Below, piece after piece: positions 40,534 to 53,766 of a stretch of 64,000 nt of DNA. Every line of letters begins with the position of its first letter. Within the stretch, counting starts at the first letter, position 1. The notes beneath the pieces were generated by a model. The model saw only the letters and a program-made list of their open reading frames with translations. It did no database searches and was not told the DNA's origin. Source of the DNA: Eledone cirrhosa (Eukaryota). The translations under genes were made by a program, and so were the position numbers. The stretch covers positions 354,144,001 to 354,208,000 of the forward strand of contig OZ024741.1 of the NCBI GenBank assembly GCA_964016885.1. The letters run 5' to 3'.

Positions 40534-41779
40534 ACAGACTGCTTTAACCTTATCTTATCCTCTACCATTTGAATCACAACTGGTTGACAATCTCCACAGT
40601 GAACATCTGTTATTGGTGAACACAGTTAGCTCAGGTCCACAATGTTGGTGAATTCACTGAATGAAACTGACTCAACCCATTTGGTCACCGTATTTATGGT
40701 GTCTACTGTCTAACCGCAACTGGTTGACAATCTCCACAACGAACATCAGCTATTGCTGATCACAGTCAGCTCCTGTTTACAATGTTGGTGAATTCACTGG
40801 TTGGAGCTGACTCAATACACCTGAGGTAAATGTTTACACAATTACAAGTACATATACTAGTTGACCTATGCCATATATAATGACAGCAACAGCATTGAGC
40901 ATATTTAATTTTAGAAGTACAAGATTGGTATGTCATACATACTAGGATTACTGGATGTATGAACCATCATACAAACATGCATAAGTGAAACCTTATAGTT
41001 TGTTGTTTATTGACATGTGGAAGAGTTCAAAGATAAGAAAGATATTTTAATAATATATTTTTAGGATATAATTAAGTAAATGTCCAGCATATATATATAC
41101 AAAAGATATCAAGATTAAATGTATGAGTAACTTTGGAAAAATAACTATATACAGGAACAAATGTAGAGTTAGAACCCAAGACCATGTTATTGAAAAGCAT
41201 ACTTCTTATTGTAGCAACATAAGAAATGCAATGTATGTGTGTATTTGTTTGTGTGTGTAAATTTTAAAGAGTTACATATAAATACAAATATAAATAAACA
41301 AACACACCTGGCATATTTTTATTGTTGATACATACACATAAGTACATTTGTGCACATATAAGCACACACAATTATTCATGAACATATGTTCTCTTTAAGA
41401 GGGTTTTTTAGCCCACAAATTTCTTTACTTCATGACTAGGTATATTTACAAACAACATATATATGCAGTAATAAATATTTTGACTTCAAATATAATTCAA
41501 TATTATATAATACAATATTATAGAAGACAATTTAATATAACAATATATTATGTAATTTGATATAACCATTTTAGAATAAGTACACCATATCCCTGTATGT
41601 CTTAAGAAACGACTAAAAAGAGTTAATGTCAGGAAAGGCATCCACTTGCAAAACACTGCCTCAAAAAGTCCCATCCAACCCATGCCAGCATGGAAATGTC
41701 AACATGAAACTGATGATGATGATGATAATAACATTATATAACATGAAATACTAAAAGGAAATGTATAAATTTATCTCAC

Positions 41780-41823
41780 CTTTGCCTCGTTTCGAAGAAC
41801 CTGGTAACAGTTTAACTTTATAC
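41780..41823 (-). CDS. NEMF: NEMF exon: (K)YKVKLLPGSSKRGK
   Basis: Homology to YKVKLTPGVQKKGK; AG/GTGAG. Confidence 0.93.
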
Positions 41824-41893
41824 CTAAAATACACAAGAAAAATCCAAAATATATACTAAATATAATTCATCAAACAGTTAACTTCATTTTTAA

Positions 41894-42107
41894 CTCTTTA
41901 ATATTTACATTACTCTATATTTACTATTGTATTTTCGCAGTAAAGGCTTCATCTCACATAATATCAAATCTATAAGATTTTGATGATGTTATTATTTATT
42001 TTGAGAACAATACCGTAACATCGATATGAGCAGCTGGTTACAACCAGTTTGAACATAAATAGGTGAGAGAATTCTGGCCGGATACAGCTGGTTTAAATGT
42101 TAAAGGG
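41894..42107. mobile_element. piggyBac-type MITE (degenerate left end)
   Basis: TTAA flanks, ..AAAGGG|TTAA, body similar to 44889-45121. Confidence 0.75.
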
Positions 42108-43265
42108 TTAAATTGTTTTTAATATCTGATTTGATTTTTAAAGTAAACAATTATTTTCAGGTGTTATATTTAGGTATAAAGTGGAAAGGCCTCCCCATTG
42201 CCCCCTCCCTCTCTCTCTCTTTGTTGATGTTCAATGTTTCTTCCTTTTTCTCTCTTCTAGCACACTTTCTTGTTCAATCTCCAAGATAGTATCCAGAAAT
42301 TATTGGAAATGTTATCAATTAAATTGTTGTATAATTAAAAAGCAATTATAATTATACACAAGATGAGAATAAATATCTTAATAACTTTTTAAATGGGGAA
42401 AGAACACATTAGATAATATAATCTTACATCTTGATGCTCATACTGGTACCACAAGAAAAAGCACTAAGTCTACCTTGTAAGGTGTACATACCGGTGCCAC
42501 AAGCAAAAACACCCAATCCACTCTGTAAGGTGACCATACTGGTGCCATGACAAAAAGCATCTAGTCTATCCTGTAAGGTGATCTTACTGATGCCATGACA
42601 AAAAGTACCCAGTCCAGCCTGTAAGGTGGTGGGGCTTCATTCATATTAACATCACACATGGCCACACCAGCACAGTTTTCTCACTTAGACATTCCTCCTA
42701 TACTCATCTTTTCTCTCAGCCTATCTATGCTCCGCAGTTCGTTCATATTAACATCACACATATCTATGCCAGCACAATCTTCTTTTGCACACCACATTTC
42801 ATTCCGCCTGTACTCAGCTTTTCTCTCAGCCCATTCATGCTTTACTGTTCGTGAATATTAACATAGAAAGAAATAAATGTATTGGGAAAATAATAAGATC
42901 TGTATATAAATGTGAGCATTTGAGCATTTGAGCATTTCCGTCCATCCATCACACAATGTATGTGTATTCGTGTGTGTTTGTTTGAATGTATGTGTGTGTG
43001 AATGTATGTGTTTGTGTGTGTGAATGTATGTGTATTTATGTGAATGTATGTCTGCGAGTGTGTATTTTTGAAAGTGTGTCTGTGTTTGCGCATTTATATT
43101 TATATACTCATACATATAAATGTATGTATATGCACACATACGCATCTGCATGTTGAAAAAATCCTAGTTTTATATATTTTGCATTTTTTTTTTGCTCTAT
43201 TGTTCAACTAGAAAGTCATCATGAGAGGGAGGAAGTGGGCAATAACAAAGAAACAAATCACCAAC

Positions 43266-43369
43266 TTGTAGTTAAGCAGTGTGTTGTATGGGGCCACCAC
43301 ACATATCGAATATAATAATTCATCTTCTACAACTGGGCACCCAGTGAGCGAGTCTAACATTTGAACATC
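43266..43369 (-). CDS. NEMF: NEMF exon (NFACT-C/DUF3441 region): DVQMLDSLTGCPVVEDELLYSICVVAPYNTLLNY(K)
   Basis: Conserved DSLTG.P..ED.LL....APY motif; AG/GT; phase 2 fits next exon. Confidence 0.93.
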
Positions 43370-44062
43370 CTGGAAAGAAAAAGAAAACAAAATTAAATGA
43401 GACTATATTATTGACATGGTGAAATTAAGACATTTTTAGTTCTTTATATCAAGCTATTAAGATAGAGATTTGGCAGAGTCATTAGGGTGGCAGATAAAAA
43501 ATACCTCAGTATTTGTTCTGATTCACTGTGCTCTGAGTTCAAATCATACTGAGGTCAAAATTGTATTTCTTCCTTTCACAATCAATAAATAAAGTACCAG
43601 TTCAGTTCTGGGTCAGTATTCTTTCTCTATTTCTATTTCTCTCTCTCAGCTGATATGCCAGTCTTCTGTATAGTATAAGATTATACTATACATGTCATAC
43701 AGTGTTTGGTATACTATCATAAACAGCATCATCCTTTTTACATCTGTTTTTACATAGTGAAGGCAACACTTTTAAGAAAGCAGTCACTATGAATTAAAAC
43801 TGACACAGAGTAAAGAAGACCCTTACATCATGTCAGACAACCTCTCTAGTGCTGGTGGTACAATAAAATATACCTAGTCCATGCTGTAAAGTGATTGGTG
43901 ATAGGAAGGGCATCCCATCAGGAAAACCCTGCCAAAAAGTAAGGAAAGCACAACCTATAAGTATATATATATATATACTACACACACTCACACACACACA
44001 TATGTATGTATATATATATATATATATATATATACTACACACACTCACACACATACATACAT

Positions 44063-44102
<40 letters not shown>

Positions 44103-44329
44103 CGAGAGAGAAAGAGATTTCTGTATGAGCAAGACACGGTCACTTGATCTGACTTGTGTCACAATGGGTCAACTCATCTAACCCATGCTAGCATGGAAAA
44201 ATGGACATTAAACGATGATGATGATGATAACTTCTTATTGGTGTTTGGAACATAACTTAACAAAAGTTCTTACATAAAATTGTGATGGAAGATTTTTATG
44301 CCCCCACACCCTCCCACAGCAAAGTGGTC

Positions 44330-44592
44330 GTGGAGGTGCCATGGCAAAAAAGCACCCAGCCCACACTGTAAAGTGGACGTGTAGGTGCCTTGGAAAAAAG
44401 CACCCAGCAATCACTGTAAATGAGGTTGGTGTTAGGAAGGGCATCCAGCTGTAGAAATCAAGCCAGAATCAGTTCCTGTATGAGCAAGACAAGGTCAGCC
44501 GACCAGACACTGCCCACAACAGGACAACCCGTCTAACCCATGCTTGCATGGAAGAACGGACGTAAAACGGTGATGATGATGATGATGATGAT
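44330..44592 (+). mobile_element. Family B retroposon with 2 internal units and (GAT)n tail
   Basis: AAAAAGCACCCAG..CACTGTAAA x2, TTAGGAAGGGCATCCAGC, CCCATGC..GCATGGAA, (GAT)n. Confidence 0.7.
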
Positions 44593-44683
44593 AAACACTT
44601 TAAAACAAACATCTTTTGATATTGTAGAACTATGGGATGGTTTCAAGTGGTTTGGTATCAAAAGTGTCAAACTGAACACTTAC

Positions 44684-44740
44684 TGTTGTCTGCTGAGTAA
44701 GATCCTCTTCATCCATTTTGTCTTCATCGGATTCTTCATC
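44684..44740 (-). CDS. NEMF: NEMF exon: DEESDEDKMDEEDLTQQTT
   Basis: Acidic linker; AG/GTAAG; phase 0-0 fits. Confidence 0.8.
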
Positions 44741-44888
44741 CTAAGCAAAACAAAATAAAAAACAAATTGAAAAAAAACGTTTAATTGCAGTTGCAAGACT
44801 TATATGTAAAATTAAAGAACATTAATAATACTGATTAATTTAACCAGACAAAAGGGGTCTTTTTGGAGACTAGCAAGGTATGGTTTAA

Positions 44889-45121
44889 CCCTTTAGCATT
44901 TACATTACTCTCTCTATATGTATATATAAACAATTGTATTTTTGTGGTAAAGGCTTTATCTAACAAAATTATCTCACATAATATGGAATCTACGAGATTT
45001 TGATGTTATTTATTTTGAGAACAATACCTTAACAGCAGTATGGCCAACTAATTACAACCAGTTTGAACAGAAAGAGGTGAGAGAATTCTGGCCAGATATG
45101 GCCGGTTTAAATGCTAAAGGG
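44889..45121. mobile_element. piggyBac-type MITE
   Basis: TTAA|CCCTTTAGCATTTA ... TAAATGCTAAAGGG|TTAA. Confidence 0.9.
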
Positions 45122-45409
45122 TTAATGTATTTACCTCATTCCTCAATTATTACTGGGTTTTATTTCATCAACTTCAGCATGATTTTGAACTTTGAAACAA
45201 ATTACCATATATACTCATGTATAAGTCAAGAAATATGTGACAAAAAAAAATAATGATAAAATGGGAAGAGAGGACTTAAATTCATGGTCAATATTTTGCC
45301 GATTTTCACCAACTTCAACAACTACATAGAAAAGACACTGAAATGTATTTTCCAATTACCTATTTAACTGAATGGCAATGAAAAATATTTTTAAAAATTT
45401 CTTTCTCAC

Positions 45410-45468
45410 TTGTTTATTACTTGGTAATTTTTCTTTGGTTACTTTATTCTCGTCTGTTTTGGTCACAT
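45410..45468 (-). CDS. NEMF: NEMF exon: (D)VTKTDENKVTKEKLPSNKQ
   Basis: AG/GTGAG; needed to convert phase 1 to phase 0; low-conservation linker. Confidence 0.78.
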
Positions 45469-45683
45469 CTACAAAGAAGGAATGGAAGAGGTAAAAATGG
45501 TTTTATTAAAAGGTTAACACTGAGTATCAACAAAAGATAACATACTATGAAACAGAACATTATCTTCTTGTCCTTCCTATTCTCCATTGAGCATTGGGTG
45601 ATGAAAGATCTCTAGTCTGCATGGTTGCAAGCTTTGTTAAAGACCAGGTATCTGCTTGTCATTTCTGCAGCAATTTTGATTAA

Positions 45684-45900
45684 CCCTTTGCATTTAGATT
45701 ACTCTATATTTACTATTGCATTTTTGTGGTAAAGACTATCTTATATAATCATCTCATATAATATCGAATCTACAAGATTTTGATGTTATTTATTTTGAGA
45801 ACAATAATTAACGTCAGTATGAGTGGCTGGTTATGACTGGTTAGAACAGAAAGAGGTGAGAGAATTCTGGTTGGATATGGCCAGTTTAAATGCTAAAGGG
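45684..45900. mobile_element. piggyBac-type MITE
   Basis: TTAA TSD, CCCTTT/AAAGGG ends, same body. Confidence 0.88.
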
Positions 45901-46727
45901 TTAATGGAGGTAAGGTTGCTAGCCTCACCCTTCATAACCTCCTCTTTCTTCAACATAGATCGAAAACAATCTAATCTAGTATTTTGAAGTCCAGGAGTGG
46001 GTGAGGGCATAACTCTAGTTAGATGGCCATTTCACATACTGTCACCCAGAGTCAGCTGAGCCTGAGACTCCTCAAATCACTTCACTCTAATTTCAAAGGA
46101 ACATCAATAACACTATGTCCAGTATTGAAATAATGTTTCTTAAAATTGTTTCACTCTACTTTCGAAAAGAACATTATAGGGGGGAGCTATTATGTTTGTT
46201 GGCAACAAAAGGATTCATGAACCAACTATACAGTTTCTATGTAGTTGTTTGACTTGATAGAAGTAATAACCAAGTTTCCTTCAAGGAACTGCAACAATCA
46301 GCAACACATTGCTGGATAAGACCTGTCTAGTCTACCGGTGCAAGCATGACAAAATGGTTGCTGAAGAGGTGCCGGTGGTGGTGGTGGTGGTATAATAACA
46401 TATATACATTGGATCTCTTGTCCATTATATTCCAGTTAAATCTCCTTTTACTGCTTATCCAATCCATACCACCATGGAAGAACGGACATCAAATGATGGT
46501 GATGGTGGTGGTTGCATTGATTATGATGATGATATTTTTCACCCTCTATTTATTCTACAAACATTCCAAACCGATAAATATAAAACAGTTTTTATGAATT
46601 ATCAAAATGCTGGAAATGTTTGAAATTTGAAAATGTGAGAGCACTTTCGTAGACATCTCTCTCCACTTTTTTCCATCTATAAGTGTAATTAACCCAATTT
46701 TCTCAACTATTAAGTTTAGTGATCAAC

Positions 46728-46930
46728 TTGGCAGTATCGATATAGCGTCGGATACTATCTGTTGCGGTATAGAGTTATGGCCCTTTACGTTCTGAGTTCA
46801 AATCCCGCCGAGGTTAGCATTGCCTGTCATCCTTACAGAGTCAATAAAATAAAGCACCAGTAATGCACTGGGGTCAATGTAATCGACTTTCCCCTCTCCC
46901 AAATTTCTGGCCTTGTGCCTACAGTAGAAA
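46728..46930 (+). mobile_element. SINE family A
   Basis: Full head, core and tail motifs. Confidence 0.82.
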
Positions 46931-47005
46931 TCATTAGTTATTTTTTGCATTTTCAAATGAAACAGTTTATTTAGATTTTTTTCTTTTAAAAACAAAACAA
47001 AATAC

Positions 47006-47165
47006 CTGTGGTCTCTGGTACATCAGGTAAAGTCTGCCTAATGACAGAGTTCTCGGTAGATATCTTCAGCTTCTCAGGAATATGACCCCTCAATTTCAAT
47101 GGCTTTTTGGGTGCATTGTCTTTCTGTTTTTTCTTCTTTTTGCTTTCTTTAGCTGGGCCAGAAGA
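47006..47165 (-). CDS. NEMF: NEMF exon: SSGPAKESKKKKKQKDNAPKK...DVPETT
   Basis: Corresponds to the SAGS.KE.K Lys-rich segment; AG/GT; open frame. Confidence 0.85.
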
Positions 47166-47944
47166 CTGTTAATGAGAAAAATAGGAAACAGGTATAATTT
47201 TCTGGCTAAATGATCCTTACATAATTGTACCAACACTTTCTACTATGAGACACAGTCAAACCAGGACAACAAAATTCCCTTCTATGCAGTCATTTACTTA
47301 GCTGAAACCTTTTGTGACCATATTTCTGACAAAAGTACACTGCCTTTGTGTTTTAATTATCAAAATAATTGTTGATCAATTATGAGAAGTTTAGTGAAAT
47401 AACTAACTTTCAAATACTAAATAACTAAAATCTTGAATTATCTGGTATATAATAAGATTTCAGTCCAAGGTTAAAATTTAAATCTAAATACTTTAATATT
47501 ACACCCTATCCTTTAAAAAAAAAGGAAAGGTATATTGGATAATGTAATCCTAAATATATTATGTCTCAGAAAAAAGATGGGATTGTTACAGCTAGAAAGT
47601 CTTTGATCGTAGGTCTGTTGAATCAGTGTTGATTTTGAGTTAAACAATAATTGGCAGCTTCCTAGCACTGAGTTAGGAACTGGGTCAATTGATGCTACAC
47701 AACTAGAGCAGTGATGATGATGATAATGATGGTATGATCTTCTGCTACAGCTTCAGGCCAACCAATGCCATTTGAGTGAATTTGATATACAGAAACTCTG
47801 TGGAAGCTTGTCACTTGTCTGTATGAGTATGTTTGTATATGCATCTCCGCATCCAAAACAATGCTAAGTTGGTGAATCTTTACCATACTGAAAAGTATGG
47901 GTTGGCATCAGGAAGGCATCTAGTTGTAGAAATTTATCATGAAT

Positions 47945-48197
47945 GGTGTAGGTGTCACGACAAAAAGCACCCATCCCACACTGTAAAGTGGTTGTGTAGG
48001 TGTCATGACAAAAAGCACGCAGTACTCACTGTAAATGAGGTTGGCATTAGGAATGGCATCCAGCTGTAGAAACCAAGCCAAAATCAGTTCTGTATGTTCA
48101 AGACATGGTCACCTGACCTGGCATTGCTCACAGCAGGATAACTTGTCTAACCCATGCCAGCGTGGAAAAATGGACGTTAAACGGTGATGATGATGAT
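47945..48197 (+). mobile_element. Family B retroposon with 2 internal units and (GAT)n tail
   Basis: Same motifs as 44330-44592. Confidence 0.7.
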
Positions 48198-48254
48198 AAA
48201 GTAGGGAAAAGAAAGTTACAAAATAGAAAGCAAGAAATAGCAATATTGACTTAC

Positions 48255-48332
48255 AGCTAGCAATTCCATACGTAAGATACGTTCTTCCTCATCTTGATCT
48301 TTGTATTTCTCTTTTATCTTCTTCAGCTTGTT
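48255..48332 (-). CDS. NEMF: NEMF exon: NKLKKIKEKYKDQDEEERILRMELLA
   Basis: Conserved KEKYKDQDEE motif; AG/GTAAG. Confidence 0.95.
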
Positions 48333-48611
48333 CTTTGATGAAAACACAAATAATATATTAGATGCTGTTTAGTTGTCACTATATCATTGCCATAGTATCA
48401 CAGATTAAACCTTAGTTACTGCAGTGTTAAACAAAGTGCATCGATTCATGGGTTCTGAACTCCAGCTGGAGTTGTAAGTATGCTATAGTGATATATAGCA
48501 TTTCTTGAGCAAAGCCCATCCTTCTCCAGGCCTGAACACTGCTGATTTCTTTGAAAGAAAGACAGCAAGGAAGTGAGAAAGCAAGATAGAGAAAGGATCT
48601 GCCACCCATAA

Positions 48612-48860
48612 CACTGAGGAGAGGAAGATAGCCAGCCAAATACTGGGACTTGATTGATCTCTTCTTTTACATGCTGGTCGCCATTGAGGCCTCTGATCTC
48701 CTCAGTCCCCAAACTACCATTTTTATATGCAAAATTGGGAGGAATGCATCCTGTCTGAAGAAAGAGCTCTTTGGGGTGGAGTGGCTGATGCAGTGGGTGT
48801 TGCTGGCTGTTCTCTACAGCAATGTCTTTGCCATTTTGTCCACAGGGAACAGCCATGATA
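48612..48860 (+). mobile_element. CRE-like non-LTR retrotransposon C-terminal fragment
   Basis: EERKIA/KYWDLID..VAIEASDLLSPQT..FICKIGR..EWLMQWVLLAV..SNVFAILSTG. Confidence 0.65.
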
Positions 48861-49490
48861 TAGTACCAAGACTGGGGTGTAGAGTCTGCCACTCACTCCA
48901 CCCTTTCCCTTACGTTCACTATTTATATTTTTTCTCTTTCATTTTATTTTTTCTATTGTAAACAATACATAATCAAATTGAAGTTTACTGTTTACTAAAG
49001 CTGGGTCAACTTCCGTTAAATAATTTAATAATATTAGTACTGTCTGTAAAGTCCTCACAGACTGAGTCTTCAAGTTAATGCTGCAGCACAGCCACAATAT
49101 TTACTCTTATTTATTCCCTTCAGAATCTTCTGAACTACAATTGACTTTTGTAGAACAAAAACAAAGTTTGTTTTGCCATTATTTCATACCAGGGTATCAG
49201 AACATTGCAGGTGAGAGGTTTCAACTGTGTCAAGCAACCAACAGTACAACGAAAATGAGACAAATTTCCTTCCCAAGGAAAGCTGCTAGTTCATTGAATG
49301 TAACTATCTCTAACAACATACATCTTGCCAAAATATAGGACAAACTGAAAGCACTGAAGAGATATAAATTCACAACCTATAAACTAGCAGTCCAATTTCA
49401 GTGTATACTTTAACCACTTAGTTATTTCACCCCTACTGTTGTTTTATAAATGTAAAACTCTAAACATAATAACACTAAGCCAGTGTTTAA

Positions 49491-49711
49491 CCCTTTAGCA
49501 TTTACATTACTCTATATATATTATTGTATTTTAATGGTAAAGGTTTTATCTTGCATAATTATCTTACATATTATCGAATCTATGAGATTTTGATGTTATT
49601 TGTTTTGAGAAGAGTAACTTAACGTCAGTATGAGCGGCCAGTTATGGCTGGTTTGAACAGAAAGAGGTGAGAGAATTCTGGCCAGATATGGCTGGTTTAA
49701 ATGTTAAAGGG
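49491..49711. mobile_element. piggyBac-type MITE
   Basis: TTAA TSD and CCCTTTA/TAAAGGG ends. Confidence 0.9.
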
Positions 49712-50612
49712 TTAATTTCATTTTTTATGAATGAAGGGTAATATTTTCTCAGAGTAGAATGTAAGGTGATCACAGTTAACATTCTAAAACAACACAGTGT
49801 CAATTGTTAACATTCTAAAACAACCCAGTGTCAATTGTTAACATCTAAGTGAAGTAAGAGAAATAGAATTAAGTCGTATTGTTCAACTACACCAGAAAAT
49901 GTCTGTAGTAGATTCAAAGTTAAGAACACTGAGCTGTTTGTCAAAGTACCATAAATCTTTTAGCCTATTTCTTGCCTGTTGTTGTTGTCATCATTGCTGC
50001 AGGAATGGAACAATGATTAGAGCTTACAATTTACAGAGGTGACAGCTACATTTTAGTTTTGACCAGAGATGGATTAAGCTTGCATCTGGCACCTGACTGA
50101 AAATTTCATCAGGGCACTTACACCACCGACCTAAAGCTACATGTCTCATTCTGTCCAAAACCTTCCTGTGACAACAAAACAATGAGGGAATCTATGTGAT
50201 CACCAAATCTACTAGAATTAGCAGCGAAATCATCCTCAAATTACAATTTACTGTCTAAAAAAAGGGAAGGATATATTGGATAATGTAGTCCTGCTATGTA
50301 GTCTATATCTGGGTAAATTATAGGACTGTCATGCCTGGAACACTTCCGATCATAGGCCAACTAAAAGCTAAACAACAACCTTCCTGTAGTAAATAATTTT
50401 TTTCAATTCAACTTCTCCAAAAATAGATTTTGCTGGAACTTCCCTGTGGCCCATGTTTTTCCTTCATTCACAGTTCAAACAGGAGATTAAATACACTAAC
50501 TGTCCAACCAGTTATCCAGGTACTCTATCTAGAAGAGCACTGCTTTTCCTCTCCAAATCAGCAAATCAAACAAAGAGCTTCAGAGAAACATATTAACTAA
50601 ATATATACTCAC

Positions 50613-50669
50613 TCTTTGTCCTCTTTTTAAAGGTTCTTGTTTGGGAGCAGAAACTGTATGTAATGGTAA
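50613..50669 (-). CDS. NEMF: NEMF exon: LPLHTVSAPKQEPLKRGQR
   Basis: P.KRGQ motif; CAG/GTGAGT. Confidence 0.92.
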
Positions 50670-51004
50670 CTGAAAATTGACAAAAACAAAACTAGATATA
50701 TAAAAACAATGTAGAAAATAGTGTTTTATTAGAAGGTTACCACAATGAAAATTAGATATCATTAATTGTTCAAAATATAATGACAACAAAAATGAAGGCA
50801 TGTTAACTTGCAATGTCAGCCTTTTTGTTGTGTTTTACTTGGAGAAAATAAAAACAGTACTCACTACACAAAATAGAGTTACATTGAATATTCAAATGAC
50901 TTGTGGTTATGAAAATGCAAAGGGAAGGGAAAGGCAAGGGGTCTAGTGTCAGAGAAAAATGGGAGGGAGAAGAGGGAGGGTGATGGGCTCAGGGCCTAGG
51001 ACAT

Positions 51005-51115
51005 GGCAGTATTGAGGCTGCGCCCTGCGGAAAAGACTGCAAAAGCATTCCTGCAGTCAATGGCCAGTGACACCCGCTGCAACAGCCACCCCACCTCTCA
51101 GGCTCTTGGTCTTTA
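51005..51115 (-). mobile_element. CRE-like LINE extreme C-terminal fragment
   Basis: EVGWLLQRVSLAIDCRNAFAVFSAG. Confidence 0.55.
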
Positions 51116-51920
51116 CATTTTAGGATTAAATCCCTTCATCATTAGGCCAAATCAAAATGGCAGCTTAAGAGCAACACAAGATATTCTGTTCTGAATTAAG
51201 TTTCCTCAATTATTTCTTTCATGAAGGAATTTTATCCCGAAATATAAGGACCATTTAAAAAACTGCAAGGTAACATCTCAAATCTTTGTTATCATTATAT
51301 TGTTAACAATTAATGTATCATTTGCATTGTAGTAGCCTTCTAATAAAACACAATTTCTTCACTTTACACAATACTTCAAGCAAACTACAACACCTTCTTA
51401 AATATATTAATGTGGGTCCAATAACAATAACATTAACAGGTAACAGAATTGTTTGTTTTTTATATTTATATATTTTTTATATTTTGCCCACTGTTCGTAT
51501 GGATTGTTGGGCCAAATTAAAAATAGAGCAATGGCCAGACTCGTTAACTGTAAATAGACACAACTTGTTTGTAGGTAGGTTTTGTGTTCATTGCAGTAAT
51601 GGGTCTAAGAAGAAAGCCATATGAATAACATACATTTGTTCTTCCTACAACTGTTGAAGTATGTAAACGTATGTAAACTCTGTATGCACACAGCTTTGAA
51701 CAGCAATATTGGAAGTACCACTGTTTTGTGGACATTGGCTTACATTTCAGTATTACATTGTCACTATGCCACAAAAAATATGAATGACTGCCAAGTACAA
51801 AGTTGCTGTAGCCTATCAAATATGTATGTTCTCTGCAGAGAGTCATTACTCCAAATTATTTTAAAGCAAAACTAAATATATACTGTTATTTAAGACTACT
51901 AAGAGGTGGTTGTCACATAC

Positions 51921-52038
51921 ATTTTCACTGTTGGTCTCACAAAGGTCTTCTTTAAGATCTGTAGATGAGTCTTTATTTTCCTGCTTGTCATTCATTTCAG
52001 TTAAGTTGTGAGCTTGCTTTTTACCTTTGCGTAAATCT
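51921..52038 (-). CDS. NEMF: NEMF exon: (R)DLRKGKKQAHN...ETNSEN
   Basis: CAG/GTATGT; phase 2 to 0 fits its neighbours. Confidence 0.85.
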
Positions 52039-52750
52039 CTGCAAATAAAAGTCAATATAAGGACATTTAAGATAAATATTCATCTCACACACTGCAATCA
52101 TTAGCATCATCATGATCATTTAACGTGTTTTCCCTGCTAGCAAGAGTTGGATGTGTCGTCACAGACTGGTCAGTACACAAGCAGAGCTACTGACCTCAAG
52201 GGAACCAACATAAGACCTTATGCTCTACCCTGTGCATTTTAACATGGCACCAACATTAGAGTTGTCATGTCCTTGATGCAACTGAAGAGTTTTCCTGACC
52301 TGTTAGGCAGGTTTTCTATAACTGGATGCCTTTTCTAAAACCAACCACTTTACAGACAGTACTGGGTACATTTATCATGTAGATCACCAACACTAGTGAG
52401 TTTGTCATGTCTTTGACACAACTGAAGAGTTTGCTCAACTCATTGTTTGACAAGTTTTCTACAACATTTTACAGGATGAACTGGCTGCATTTTTTATAGT
52501 ACCAGCACTAGAATGCCAGTGCTATTATAAAATTCACCCAATACACTCTATAAAGTTTGGGAACATATGTAAGCAGGAGGAGAAGAAGAAAAAGAAGAAA
52601 TTTAAATACACCTCTTATGGGTGTTTCTAGGGACTTTAACAAGTTTTGAATCCATGCAATTTTAGTTAAGAGGATAGAATCTGAAGCACAACAAATAATA
52701 TATAAACAATAAATATGAAGGTAAAAATGAAAGAATAAGAGAAAATTTAC

Positions 52751-52791
52751 CTCCTCATCTTTGCTGACATTCGGGTACTTTTCATTTGATC
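52751..52791 (-). CDS. NEMF: NEMF exon: DQMKSTRMSAKMR(R)
   Basis: Equivalent of the LSAKERR motif; CAG/GTAAA. Confidence 0.87.
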
Positions 52792-53675
52792 CTGCATGAA
52801 AAAAATTTTAATATTTTGATTCTCTTCATTATTATTTGATGCCATAATAAACGAGAGGTGGAGGTAGAACTGTCACACAAATGCTACAATCTGACAAAAT
52901 TGTTCTGAAATGTTTTCATTCATGTCAGAAGTCAGTGTACTCTCTTATTCTCTCTGTATATGTATGGTTGATGACAGTTACAGGACATAACCAAAACTTA
53001 ACCAGTTAAGCCAGAGTTGTAAGCTTAATTATAGACACTAGGTCTATCACCAAGGAAATATGGGAAGCACTGAATAGTACTGCCCTTCTACTTTTCAATG
53101 ATGCATCATCAGATTTGTAGTATATTCTTATTCTGAAATTCTGCTTTAGAATTATTACAAATTAAAATGCCTACCCAGAATGTTCTGAAGCATCCACAGC
53201 CCTCCCCAAAGCACCAAAGCATAACAGGCCTGACACACACACACATATTTGTTACAATCTAATGAAGAACTGAACATTATTTATTCTGTCCATAAAACAA
53301 CAAGTTATGTACTAGAATACTATAAAACAAATTTATATTATATACTCCAAATAAAAGCATATTAAATACTGCAAGAGTTGAATATTACTGCCAGAAATAT
53401 TACATCATCATTTTTACATCCTCCTTTGCATGCTGGCATGAGTTGGAGAGGATGATTTGAGATAATGTTTTACAGTAGGATGCCCTTCCTGGCACCAAAC
53501 CTTTTAGACACTTCTTATGACATGCAGAGATACGGTGTACCTATTATAAAAATTGGGATACACACGAGTTTCACTTTATTTAGTTCTCATCAGTAGTAAT
53601 GTGGTCAAGCTCACAAGAGTATCTTATCAGATTACATACACTCTGGTGAAAATGTCTCAGTTACTAGTTACATAC

Positions 53676-53766
53676 CTTCCCTTTTTTGTCTTCTTGAACT
53701 TCAGAGAGAACTCCCATCACATCAGTAGAGGTGTCAATACCTGACTGGACTTTACTCACAGTAAGT
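53676..53766 (-). CDS. NEMF: NEMF exon: (K)LTVSKVQSGIDTSTDVMGVLSEVQEDKKGK
   Basis: TAG/GTATG; phase 2 to 0 fits. Confidence 0.8.

Noticed and set aside
53560-53600. Second hammerhead-like motif on the minus strand (CTGATGA..GAAACTCGTG)
   Set aside because: Stem I and stem II do not pair properly and the cleavage triplet would be GUG; at best a decayed relic
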